Shown here piece by piece: positions 9,795 to 18,006 of a DNA stretch of 64,000 nucleotides (positions within the stretch are counted from its first letter, which is position 1; each line of letters starts with the position of its first letter). Source of the stretch: a bacterium (GTDB lineage Bacteria; UBA8248); assembly GCA_965207065.1 (NCBI GenBank), contig OZ242260.1:2641526-2705525 (forward strand), read 5' to 3'. The translations under genes and the position numbers were made by a program. The notes beneath the pieces are model-generated. The model saw nothing but the letters and a program-made list of their open reading frames with translations. It did not search any database and was not told the DNA's origin.

Positions 9795-10177
9795 TCGTCG
9801 ACAGTTCGGCTCTGCTTGCCATTCTCTACCGTGAGCAGGACGCGGAACGCTACGAGAGGGCGATCGCCTCGGCCGCGCACCCCCGGATGTCGGTCGCCAA
9901 CCTACTGGAAACTTCCATCGTCCTGGAAGGTCGCGGCGGTGAGTCGGCGGGCCATGAACTCGATTTGTTCCTGAGGGATGCCGAAATCGAATTGGCGCCC
10001 GTCACTGTCGAGCATCTGGAAGCGGCCCGGCGCGCCTGGCGGCGCTTCGGGAAGGGGAATCATCCGGCTTCGCTGAATTTCGGCGATTGCTTCGCCTATG
10101 CGCTCGCCGACCTCATGGACGAGCCGCTGCTGTTCAAGGGCGAGGACTTCGCCCAAACCGACATCGAGGCGGCTTGA
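9791..10177 (+). CDS. vapC: VapC PIN-domain toxin
   Basis: MIVDSSALLAIL, LNFGDCFAYALA, LLFKGEDF. Confidence 0.93.
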   Translation: MIVDSSALLAILYREQDAERYERAIASAAHPRMSVANLLETSIVLEGRGGESAGHELDLFLRDAEIELAPVTVEHLEAARRAWRRFGKGNHPASLNFGDCFAYALADLMDEPLLFKGEDFAQTDIEAA

Positions 10178-10411
10178 GCGCAAAAAATCTGGAATGCGCC
10201 AAGGAGCAGATGATGAAGAGCGCGCTCATCACGATTTTTTCGGGATTGGCATCGTCCATCAGAGGCGTGGCGTGGACGGCCCGGCAAGGAGAGGGAGCGA
10301 CTCGACGTGCGTCAAGCAGCGGGGCAAATCGAAATCCCCGTTTGTTTAATGCCCATATCAGGTATTATCATTCCCATTATGAGAAATTTAACGACAACAC
10401 ATCTCTCACGC

Positions 10412-11041
10412 ATGACTCGGCGTAAAGTATCCGGGTCCGACGCCGCATCTACCGGTCTTGCGGATGCCCTGTTCACCACCACGCAGCAACGGCTCCTGGT
10501 GCTGCTGTTCGGCCAGCCCGGGCGGAGCTTTTTCGCGAGCGAGTTGATCCGCTTGACGGGGTCCGGTTCCGGCGCCGTGCAGCGTGAACTGAAGCGCTTC
10601 GCATCCAGCGGTCTGGTGAGCGTTACTTCCATCGGCAGGCAGAAGCATTACCAGGCCAATCCGGAATGTCCGGTGTTCGAGGAGATGAGCGGCATCGTAC
10701 GCAAGACGCTCGCCCTGGCTCAACCTATCCGGCGGGCGCTGGAGCCGCTCGCCGGTCGCGTCGAACTCGCCCTGGTGTACGGGTCGGTCGTAGAGGGGAG
10801 CGATACGGCGGACAGCGACATCGACCTGCTCGTCGTCGCTGACGGCGTGATGCTGGAAGAGCTCTACGAGGCGCTCTCGCCGGTAGAGACCGGCCTTGCC
10901 CGGCGGATCAGCCCCACGCTTTATACGTCCCTTGAATACGATGAACGCAGAGCCGCCGGAAACCCTTTCGTGACGAACGTGCTGGCCGGTGAGCACATCA
11001 TCCTCATCGGAGAGGAAGATGACGCACCCGCAACTCGATAA
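10412..11041 (+). CDS. HTH plus nucleotidyltransferase (MNT) antitoxin-like protein
   Basis: LADALFTTTQQRLL wHTH region; YGSVVEGSDTADSDIDLLVV MNT motif. Confidence 0.82.
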   Translation: MTRRKVSGSDAASTGLADALFTTTQQRLLVLLFGQPGRSFFASELIRLTGSGSGAVQRELKRFASSGLVSVTSIGRQKHYQANPECPVFEEMSGIVRKTLALAQPIRRALEPLAGRVELALVYGSVVEGSDTADSDIDLLVVADGVMLEELYEALSPVETGLARRISPTLYTSLEYDERRAAGNPFVTNVLAGEHIILIGEEDDAPATR

Positions 11042-11438
11042 TCTGGTGCGCATCAGCAGGCTCAAGAGCGAGCCGGCTGCCGATGAGGAAATCGAGGGCC
11101 TGGTCCGCTCGGGGGTTCGCCGCCTGAGCGATGCCGAGCGCGAAGATCTGAGCCTGGAGAGCCGATTCGATCTGGCCTATAACGCCGCCCATTCGCTGGC
11201 GATTGCCGCATTGCGCATTCGGGGCTACCGTTCCGATTCGCGCTATCTGGTTTTTCAATGCCTCCAGCACACCGTCGATTTGCCGCAGGCTCAGTGGCGC
11301 GTGCTGGACAACGTCCACCGCAAGCGCAACCTCGCCGAGTATGAGTGCGCCTTGGACGTGGGTGAGGAACTCATCGCCGCATTGTTGCGGGTGGCGCGGG
11401 AAGTGGAGAAGCGCGTGCGCGACGGGATGATGTCTTGA
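11019..11438 (+). CDS. HEPN-like partner of the MNT protein
   Basis: Overlaps the MNT gene; FDLAYNAAH and HRKRNLAEYE (HEPN-like R..N..Y). Confidence 0.7.
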   Translation: MTHPQLDNLVRISRLKSEPAADEEIEGLVRSGVRRLSDAEREDLSLESRFDLAYNAAHSLAIAALRIRGYRSDSRYLVFQCLQHTVDLPQAQWRVLDNVHRKRNLAEYECALDVGEELIAALLRVAREVEKRVRDGMMS

Positions 11439-11590
11439 ACTGGAACCGTTTCTGGATGGCTTTGGAAAATCCTGCCCCTTCTTCTCTTTCGGCTTATGAT
11501 GAAGTTTAGAGGAACCGAAGGCGGAGCAAGCGCCCGTGGTGTGTTAGGATTTATCTGGTCGAACTTCATCGTATGTGGAGGGACGGGTTC

Positions 11591-12520
11591 TTGAACCGCG
11601 TCGTATCGCTTCTGCCGAGCAGCACGGAGATCATTCACGCCCTGGGGTGCGGCGAGCGCATCGTGGGCCGCTCGCACGAGTGCGACTATCCCGCCGGAAT
11701 CACGGCGCTGCCTCCCTGCACCGCGCCCAAGTTCGACACGAACGGCACGAGCCGCGAGATAGACGAGCGCGTGAAGGCGGTGCTGCAAGATGCCGTCTCG
11801 GTCTACAGCGTCGATACCGCTTTGCTCGACGAACTGGCGCCGGATCTGGTGGTCACGCAGTCACAGTGCGAACTCTGCGCGGTGAGCCTGGCGGACGTTC
11901 AGGCGGCGGTCCAGAAACTGGTGCGCTCCAGGCCTGAGGTTCTCTCACTCGAACCGAATGAACTAAAAGACGTCTGGCGAGATATCGCCTCGGTTGCTAA
12001 GGCGCTGGGAGTCAGCGAGAGCGGCGATGAGCTTCTTTCGGATTTGCATGAGCGGCTCGACGCCATTGCCGGGCGTGCACGTGAGATAGGCCGCAGGCCG
12101 CGAGTGGCCTGCATCGAGTGGTACGATCCGCTCATGGCGGCGGGCAACTGGGTGCCCGAACTCGTGGAGATCGCGGGCGGTGAGGACGTTCTGGGCGTCC
12201 GAGGCGAACACTCCGCCTGGCTCGAATGGGAGGCGCTGGAAGAGGCCAAGCCCGAGGCGGTCGTGCTCATGCCGTGTGGCTTCGACATCGCGCGTTCGCG
12301 CCGCGAGTTGGCAGCGCTCACCGGAAGGCCGGAGTGGATGCGCCTGGAAGCCGTGCAACGGGGAGCAGTGTTCGTCACGGACGGCAATCAGTTCTTCAAC
12401 CGACCGGGGCCGAGGCTGGTCGAATCCGCCGAGATACTGGCGGAGATTCTCCATCCCGACGCCATCTCCTTCGGCCACGAGGGCGCGGGCTGGGAGCGTC
12501 TTGAAGCGGATGCGGCCTGA
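11591..12520 (+). CDS. BtuF-like cobalamin/siderophore-binding-fold protein without signal peptide
   Basis: RVVSLLPSSTEI, GRSHECDYP, QSQCELCAV, MPCGF, FNRPGPRLVES. TTG start follows a GGAGG RBS. Confidence 0.8.
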   Translation: MNRVVSLLPSSTEIIHALGCGERIVGRSHECDYPAGITALPPCTAPKFDTNGTSREIDERVKAVLQDAVSVYSVDTALLDELAPDLVVTQSQCELCAVSLADVQAAVQKLVRSRPEVLSLEPNELKDVWRDIASVAKALGVSESGDELLSDLHERLDAIAGRAREIGRRPRVACIEWYDPLMAAGNWVPELVEIAGGEDVLGVRGEHSAWLEWEALEEAKPEAVVLMPCGFDIARSRRELAALTGRPEWMRLEAVQRGAVFVTDGNQFFNRPGPRLVESAEILAEILHPDAISFGHEGAGWERLEADAA

Positions 12521-12559
12521 TAGGCGCAAAGATGCCGTTTCCCGGACACCCTAACCATC

Positions 12560-13387
12560 ATGAACGAGAATAACTGGTCGACTCTCCATGAGCGCGCCTG
12601 CCGCGATGGGGAGGAGTTCTACGTCGACCCCGGGACGGGCTGGCGCGTTTTCACCGAGGTCGGTCTTCGCAATCGCGGGAGTTGCTGCGGCAGCGGCTGC
12701 CGCCACTGTCCCTATGCGCATGAAGCTGTCCCGGTGGAGGAACGCCCCCGCCTCGCCCGCCAGTCCACCTGGATGAGCGGCGTCCATCCTCCCACCGAAC
12801 CCGCCGACGTGCTCTTCTGGAGCGGCGGGAAGGACAGCTTTCTCACCTACCGGGCCTTGCAGCGCGAAGGCCGAAGGTCAATTGTTCTGCTCACCACCTT
12901 CGACGCGGCGAGCCGCAAGATCGCGCACCAGGAACTCGACGTCGAACTGGTGGCGCGACAAGCCGGGCACATGGGAGTCCCGCTGCTGGGCGTGCCCCTC
13001 CATCCGGGAGAGGCGTATGAGGTCCGCATTGGCGAGGCGGCCCGCATGATTCCGCGCATTGCCCGCTTCGTCTTCGGCGACCTGCACCTCGAGCACATTC
13101 GCGATTGGCGCGTGGAGGCATTCCGGGAACTGGCCGATCATCTAGGCGCATCGCTCCACTTCCCGCTTTGGGGCGCGCCGTATGAGGCGCTGATAAACGA
13201 TTTAGAGGCAAGCGGCGCCGTCTGCGAAGTATCAGCGGTGACGGAAGAAGCCCTGGGCGTCGTGCGCGTTGGACAGCGCTTCGACCGCGCGATGATGACG
13301 CGCCTGCCGGAGCGCATCGACCGGTTCGGGGAAAACGGGGAGTTTCACACCCTCGTCAAACTCTGGGCGGGGGATGAGAGAGCTTAA
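12560..13387 (+). CDS. DUF5522-like Cys-rich domain fused to a Dph6/diphthine-ammonia-ligase-like PP-loop ATPase
   Basis: N-terminal YVDPGTG..VFT..RGSCCGSGCRHCPY; WSGGKDS, FGDLHLEHIRDWR, DRFGENGEFHT. Confidence 0.78.
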   Translation: MNENNWSTLHERACRDGEEFYVDPGTGWRVFTEVGLRNRGSCCGSGCRHCPYAHEAVPVEERPRLARQSTWMSGVHPPTEPADVLFWSGGKDSFLTYRALQREGRRSIVLLTTFDAASRKIAHQELDVELVARQAGHMGVPLLGVPLHPGEAYEVRIGEAARMIPRIARFVFGDLHLEHIRDWRVEAFRELADHLGASLHFPLWGAPYEALINDLEASGAVCEVSAVTEEALGVVRVGQRFDRAMMTRLPERIDRFGENGEFHTLVKLWAGDERA

Positions 13388-13389
13388 GG

Positions 13390-13728
13390 CTAAGACTCCG
13401 GTAGTGCGAGCTGTTCGAGTTGGGAAATAAGTTGGGGGATGTCCTGTTGCACTGTTTCCCAAACGATATCCATATCGATATCATCGTAGGCATGGATCAT
13501 TCGATTACGCATACCCCGAATCTCGTTCCACGGAATTTCAGAGTTTTCATCTCGAAATGCAGATGAGATGCGCCCCGCCGCCTCACCGATAATTTCTATG
13601 CGGCGAACGACGGAATCTTGTAATTTCGTGTCGCGGAGGAATTCGTGTTGCATGACGCCTTCGACATAGGTTCGTGCCATCCGTGCTGAAGCTAGGATAT
13701 CCAGCAAATACTGAACGTCACGATCCAT
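13390..13728 (-). CDS. DUF86/HepT-like HEPN toxin
   Basis: LQDSVVRRIEIIGEAA, IRGMRNRMIHAYDDID (R-X4-H). Confidence 0.9.
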   Translation of the reverse strand: MDRDVQYLLDILASARMARTYVEGVMQHEFLRDTKLQDSVVRRIEIIGEAAGRISSAFRDENSEIPWNEIRGMRNRMIHAYDDIDMDIVWETVQQDIPQLISQLEQLALPES

Positions 13729-14029
13729 AAACGAGTTCCGCAGATTCGAGAATCGCCTTCCGGCGGATATAATTGGGGCTTCTCTCTATGCCGCGTCGGC
13801 TGACAAGATCGACCTCGCGACCGAATATGGATTTAAGTTCATCTTCCATACGAACCATGTCGAAGAGCGTATGGCGTGCATTCTCATCGAAGCTGACGAG
13901 GAGGTCGACGTCGCTCTCGGGCCCGAAGTCTTCGCGCAACGCCGAGCCGAATACGGCGAGTTGCGTGACTTGCCAGCGTTCGCAAAAGGCGGCGATCTCT
14001 TCTCGCGATGCCTCGACGTTCAGGCGCAT
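13718..14029 (-). CDS. MNT nucleotidyltransferase antitoxin
   Basis: LAVFGSALREDFGPESDVDLLV, FGREVDLV. The long N-terminal extension in the ORF track overlaps another gene and is not used. Confidence 0.9.
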   Translation of the reverse strand: MRLNVEASREEIAAFCERWQVTQLAVFGSALREDFGPESDVDLLVSFDENARHTLFDMVRMEDELKSIFGREVDLVSRRGIERSPNYIRRKAILESAELVYGS

Positions 14030-14115
14030 GATGAAACTCCCTGGAAACGGAGATTTCGGACAATGCGCGTATTTTCTCACAAACAACGCCCCGCGTCTCG
14101 CCCTGAAACGGGACC

Positions 14116-14544
14116 TTACGGCCGCTCCCAGTCGGCGACTCCGCCGGGCGTTACGCGGAAGAGGGGATGGGGCAGGGGAGCATCCACCGCCAGATATTTC
14201 CCGTATCGCTCCGGCGCGCGGGATTCGAGCTTTTTCATCAGATGCCGCCATTCGAAGTCGAGCTGGCCGCTCGTTACATCCAACTGAGCGGTAGTGCGGC
14301 TGCGGCCTATTTTCTCCGAGTCGAAACGATAACCCCGCTTTATGGATTCCGCGTATACGGCTCTCAGGTATTCGGCGATAAGGGTGGCAGGCCTGCCGCC
14401 TGCGCGGAAACGCTCCAGTTGGGGATGGCGGCGGTAGCCCTTCGTCTCGCCCGTCAGAACGGCCTGGGCGAGCAGGGCTTCCCTCCACAGGGCGACCAGC
14501 CCCCTGGCGTCCAGATATTCGGGATGCAGACTCCACAAGCGCAT
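14116..14544 (-). CDS. Pyrimidine-dimer DNA glycosylase / T4 endonuclease V-like protein
   Basis: MRLWSLHPEYLDARGLVALWREALLAQAVL..GYRRHPQL. Confidence 0.8.
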   Translation of the reverse strand: MRLWSLHPEYLDARGLVALWREALLAQAVLTGETKGYRRHPQLERFRAGGRPATLIAEYLRAVYAESIKRGYRFDSEKIGRSRTTAQLDVTSGQLDFEWRHLMKKLESRAPERYGKYLAVDAPLPHPLFRVTPGGVADWERP

Positions 14545-14594
14545 CGTTCATCGCTCCTCGGCGGCGGGAGCGGGTGCTGTTTCCGGCGTGCGGG

Positions 14595-15395
14595 CTATTT
14601 TTCCTTTCGCGGCTTTCCGTTGATGAACGCTTCCCGGACGTAGCGGACGACCGACCAGATATCCTTGTCATTCAGCAGGTGGCCGTAGGATTTCATGAAG
14701 TCGTATTTCTTAAGCTCCGTAACGTCGATGCGGCCGAGATTGATGTTCCAGAAGAGAAACCCGTCGTCGAAGCGCGCCATCTGCTCCTTCAGGTGATAGT
14801 TCATCGGCGGCGGCTGGATGTGGCTGATGAACGGCTTTTCGGGGTCCTGATCCTCCACGGGACGGGTCCCGTCCCCAAGGCCCTTTTTCCCGTGGCACTG
14901 GGAGCAGGCGTCGGCGAAGATTTTCCGGCTCTTCGCATCTTTCGGTTGTTCGCTTTTGCCGAAGCCGCGCACCCATTTGACGAGCTTCCTTATCTGAGCG
15001 TCTTCGAGCGCTTCGCCGAAGGAGGGCATGGCGGTGGGGACGCCGTTAATTACCTTGTGGCCCTTCGTCCGGTTTTTGAGCACGTTCATCTTGCCGAACT
15101 TGACGACGGAGAACATGTAGTCGTCCGTCATGCGCTTCATGTAGGGGCTGATGAACACCTGGGGTCTCGGCCTCACCGTCCGCCAGATTGGCCCCTTGCC
15201 GTCGCCCTTGACCCCGTGGCAGGAGAAGCAGATTTCCCCGTATATCTTCTTGCCCCGCCAGTAGTCCCCGCCGTTTTGTTTCGCCGTCTCGGGATTGGGC
15301 GGGATTCTCCTGGCCGCAAGGGAGGCGGGGGGTGCGATGAGACTCAAAGAGAGAGCAAGAACGATCCATACCCCCTTTTCCCTCATAAACTTCAT
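14595..15395 (-). CDS. Exported diheme c-type cytochrome
   Basis: Signal peptide; CFSCH and CSQCH; two internally similar class I domains with Met ligand candidates (AMPSF, FMKSY). Confidence 0.85.
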   Translation of the reverse strand: MKFMREKGVWIVLALSLSLIAPPASLAARRIPPNPETAKQNGGDYWRGKKIYGEICFSCHGVKGDGKGPIWRTVRPRPQVFISPYMKRMTDDYMFSVVKFGKMNVLKNRTKGHKVINGVPTAMPSFGEALEDAQIRKLVKWVRGFGKSEQPKDAKSRKIFADACSQCHGKKGLGDGTRPVEDQDPEKPFISHIQPPPMNYHLKEQMARFDDGFLFWNINLGRIDVTELKKYDFMKSYGHLLNDKDIWSVVRYVREAFINGKPRKEK

Positions 15396-15499
15396 TTCCT
15401 GTCCTCTTCCAGCGGTCTCGTCGATACGGGTTAGAGGGGCTTCTGAAACGCGGACGCGCGGGATGCCCACCCGATTATGTCGGCCAAGTCTCCGTTATT

Positions 15500-16498
15500 T
15501 TATTTCTTCGCGCAAGGATTTCTGGCGCACGGATTCTTGGCGGCGCACGGGTTTTTCGCTGCGCAGGGGTTCTTCGGCGCGCAGGGGTTGTTCGCACATG
15601 GGTTTTTGGCGGCGCATGGGTTGCTGGAAGCAGGCGGAATTTTTCCCGCGCAGGGATTCTTCGCAGCGGGCGGGCTTTGGGGTGCGCAAGGGTTCTTGGC
15701 GACGGGAGCATCCCCACCAGGAATTTTCGACTTGCCCGGATCGCTTACGCCGGGATTACCGCCACCGGCGACGGATTGCAGCGTTTTCATGAACCCCTTG
15801 CGCTTCGCCTCCCACTCGAGCATGCGCTTGTAGCGCGCGGGCGAGAGCGAAACCACATAAGTTTCCAGGTCCTTGTAGTCCTGAGATTTGGGGTCCATGG
15901 GCGGATTGCCGATGAACGCCGTGGCGCACCAGTCGTTGAACTGCCCGACGCTCACCACATGGTCCGCAGGGCTCAGGCGCGGGAAGTGCTCCGCCGCTCC
16001 GATGAGCGTGGGCACCGGAACGGGATATCTCGCGCCCGTTACGTCCACTACGGTGCCCCGGATGGTGCGTCCCCTGGGGTGGCAGCCCACGCAGCCGATG
16101 CTCCGGAAGATTTTCCTGCCCCGGGCGACGGCGTCCTTCACGCTTACGTCACGCTTCCGGGTGAAGGAATAAGGCGGATTCGTGATGCCCGCCGCCTTGC
16201 TCCCCGCCGGGGCCTTGCCGCCCGGAGAGGGGGTGAATGGTTTGACGATGCGCGGACTCTTCTCCGTCCTGGCGCAGGCGTTCTTCGCCGCGCATGGGTT
16301 TTTGGCCGCGCCCGGATTCTGGGCCGCGCATGGGTTACTCGGTGCGCAGGGATTCTGGGCTGCGCAAGGGTTTCCGGCGCACGGGTTCTTGGACGTGCAA
16401 GGATTCTTGGATTGATTCGCCGCATGGACAGAAATGACGGCCCATATCGAGACGCTCAGGAGCGCGCCGAGGAGGACGAACCTCGATTTTCTCAGCAT
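15500..16498 (-). CDS. Exported monoheme cytochrome c with SoxA/TsdA-like core flanked by Asn-Pro-Cys repeat arms
   Basis: Signal peptide; CVGCH at aa 136-140; LIGAAEHFPR...FNDWC(191)...YKDLETYVVSLS; 6 NPC before and 9 NPC after the core. Confidence 0.78.
   Translation of the reverse strand: MLRKSRFVLLGALLSVSIWAVISVHAANQSKNPCTSKNPCAGNPCAAQNPCAPSNPCAAQNPGAAKNPCAAKNACARTEKSPRIVKPFTPSPGGKAPAGSKAAGITNPPYSFTRKRDVSVKDAVARGRKIFRSIGCVGCHPRGRTIRGTVVDVTGARYPVPVPTLIGAAEHFPRLSPADHVVSVGQFNDWCATAFIGNPPMDPKSQDYKDLETYVVSLSPARYKRMLEWEAKRKGFMKTLQSVAGGGNPGVSDPGKSKIPGGDAPVAKNPCAPQSPPAAKNPCAGKIPPASSNPCAAKNPCANNPCAPKNPCAAKNPCAAKNPCARNPCAKK
15503..15697 (-). repeat. C-terminal (A/P)AKNPC repeat block, 15-18-bp units
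   Basis: 9 NPC plus 2 degenerate units in the last 65 aa. Confidence 0.9.
16271..16408 (-). repeat. N-terminal NPC repeat block
   Basis: 6 NPC plus NPG and NAC variants at aa 31-76. Confidence 0.9.
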
Positions 16499-16612
16499 GG
16501 TCTTCTCTCCCCTGAGGAATGGATTCGATGCGGCGGAAGGAAGCGGAACAGGGTCATGGATTCTGCCTCGTGAGGCGGCTGCTTCCTCCCGATTCTATCA
16601 GAATCGAGGGCG

Positions 16613-17035
16613 CTAGGGGAGCAGCCGCATCCCCAGAACGGCGACGAACAGGGCGATAAATACGGCCAGAAACCCGCAGTAGGAGTGAATCTGCCTTAAA
16701 TCCTCGTTCCCCAGGTTTCGCCTCAGCCTACGGCCCAGATACGCCGTCGTCCAGAAAAGGCCGAGCGCCAGGGTGGCGAAATAGCTGTGCGCCGTCTCGT
16801 AGAGAGGGCCTTCTAGGGCGAAGCGCATGCCGCCAAGACCCAGGGCGTAGCCCACAGAGAAAAGAGCGATAAACCAACGCCCGAGCCGCATGTGCAGGCG
16901 GGCGACCCGCACCGTCTCGGGGCCGGCTCCTAACTTGCGCGAGCGCCTCACGCGCAGGCCGTTCGCCAGCGTGATCAGGCCGAGCGAGAGCGTCGCGATC
17001 TGAAAAGCCGGATGAATGTAGGCCGCCAAATTCAT
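16613..17035 (-). CDS. DUF4079-like 4-TM membrane protein, possibly cytochrome b561-like
   Basis: Four hydrophobic segments with His8, His48, His83 and His117. Confidence 0.65.
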   Translation of the reverse strand: MNLAAYIHPAFQIATLSLGLITLANGLRVRRSRKLGAGPETVRVARLHMRLGRWFIALFSVGYALGLGGMRFALEGPLYETAHSYFATLALGLFWTTAYLGRRLRRNLGNEDLRQIHSYCGFLAVFIALFVAVLGMRLLP

Positions 17036-17180
17036 GCGTTCGCGCTCCGGGGGGTCAAGAAACCTCGCGTTCATCTCCACCCCTGTTTACCTTGCCCGAT
17101 GGGCAGACGCAAAGCTATAGTAGCCGAAACGCGAATCCGGCCATCGGCCGCAGTCCCTTGAATTATCGAGTGAGGGGACC

Positions 17181-17975
17181 ATGAACATAGAAGACGTACG
17201 CGCCATCGCGCGCGGCAGCAGAGTATTCGATCTGGGCGTCGAGCTTTTTCCCGGAATGCCCCACGTGCCGCTGCACGGCCCGTTCGGGTTCTCGATGATC
17301 AGGGAACACGGCGACCACATGTATTCAGGCGGGGCGTGCTCGGCGGTTGAGGCGATTTTCTGCACCGGCCACACCGGCACGCACATCGACGCCCTGGGCC
17401 ACGTCGCAAAGGACATGAAGCTCTACGGCGGCCTGGACGTCGCCGAGCACCAGAGCAAGACGGAAGGCATGAAAGCCCACGGGGTCGAGACCGTAGCGCC
17501 CGTGGTGAGGCGCGGCGTGTTTATCGACGTGGCGGCTTACTTGAAAAAAGACGTTTTAGAGGCGGGCCGGCCCATCACGAAAGAAGAACTCGAAGCCGCC
17601 GCAGCCGCCCAGGGGGTCAAGGTGGAAGAGGGAGACGTCGTCCTGGTGCGAACGGGCCACATGCAAAACTGGCCGGGCCGGAATTATTATTTCCAGAAAG
17701 GCGGCGTGCCCGGAATCGACCTGGATGCCGCGAAATGGCTCTCGGATCAGGGAATCTTCATGGTCGGGAGTGATACCTTCGCGGTCGAGGTGCTGCCCGC
17801 CCCCACGATGCCGGTGCACTGCCACATGCTGGTGGACTGCGGCATCCACCTGCTCGAGGTGTCCGTGCTCGAGGAATTGAGCCAGGCGCGCGCCCATGAG
17901 TTTCTCTTCGTCTGCCTGCCGCTCAAGGTGCGCGGCGGCACGGGCTCGCCCGTCCGTCCCGTGGCCATCCTGTAA
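17181..17975 (+). CDS. Cyclase / kynurenine formamidase-family metallohydrolase
   Basis: HTGTHIDALGH, GDVVLVRTG, VGSDT, H..LVDCGIHLLE, LKVRGGTGSPVRPVA. Confidence 0.9.
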   Translation: MNIEDVRAIARGSRVFDLGVELFPGMPHVPLHGPFGFSMIREHGDHMYSGGACSAVEAIFCTGHTGTHIDALGHVAKDMKLYGGLDVAEHQSKTEGMKAHGVETVAPVVRRGVFIDVAAYLKKDVLEAGRPITKEELEAAAAAQGVKVEEGDVVLVRTGHMQNWPGRNYYFQKGGVPGIDLDAAKWLSDQGIFMVGSDTFAVEVLPAPTMPVHCHMLVDCGIHLLEVSVLEELSQARAHEFLFVCLPLKVRGGTGSPVRPVAIL

Positions 17976-18006
17976 ACCCACCTTTTCTGAATCCGGTGAG
18001 ATAGTC

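Noticed and set aside
11440-11590. Cobalamin riboswitch upstream of the BtuF-like gene
   Set aside because: The gap is only about 150 bp and I see no B12-box or conserved core motifs.
13718-14671. 317-aa ORF as a long nucleotidyltransferase
   Set aside because: Only the last 103 aa are MNT; the rest is an alternative frame of the endonuclease V-like gene.
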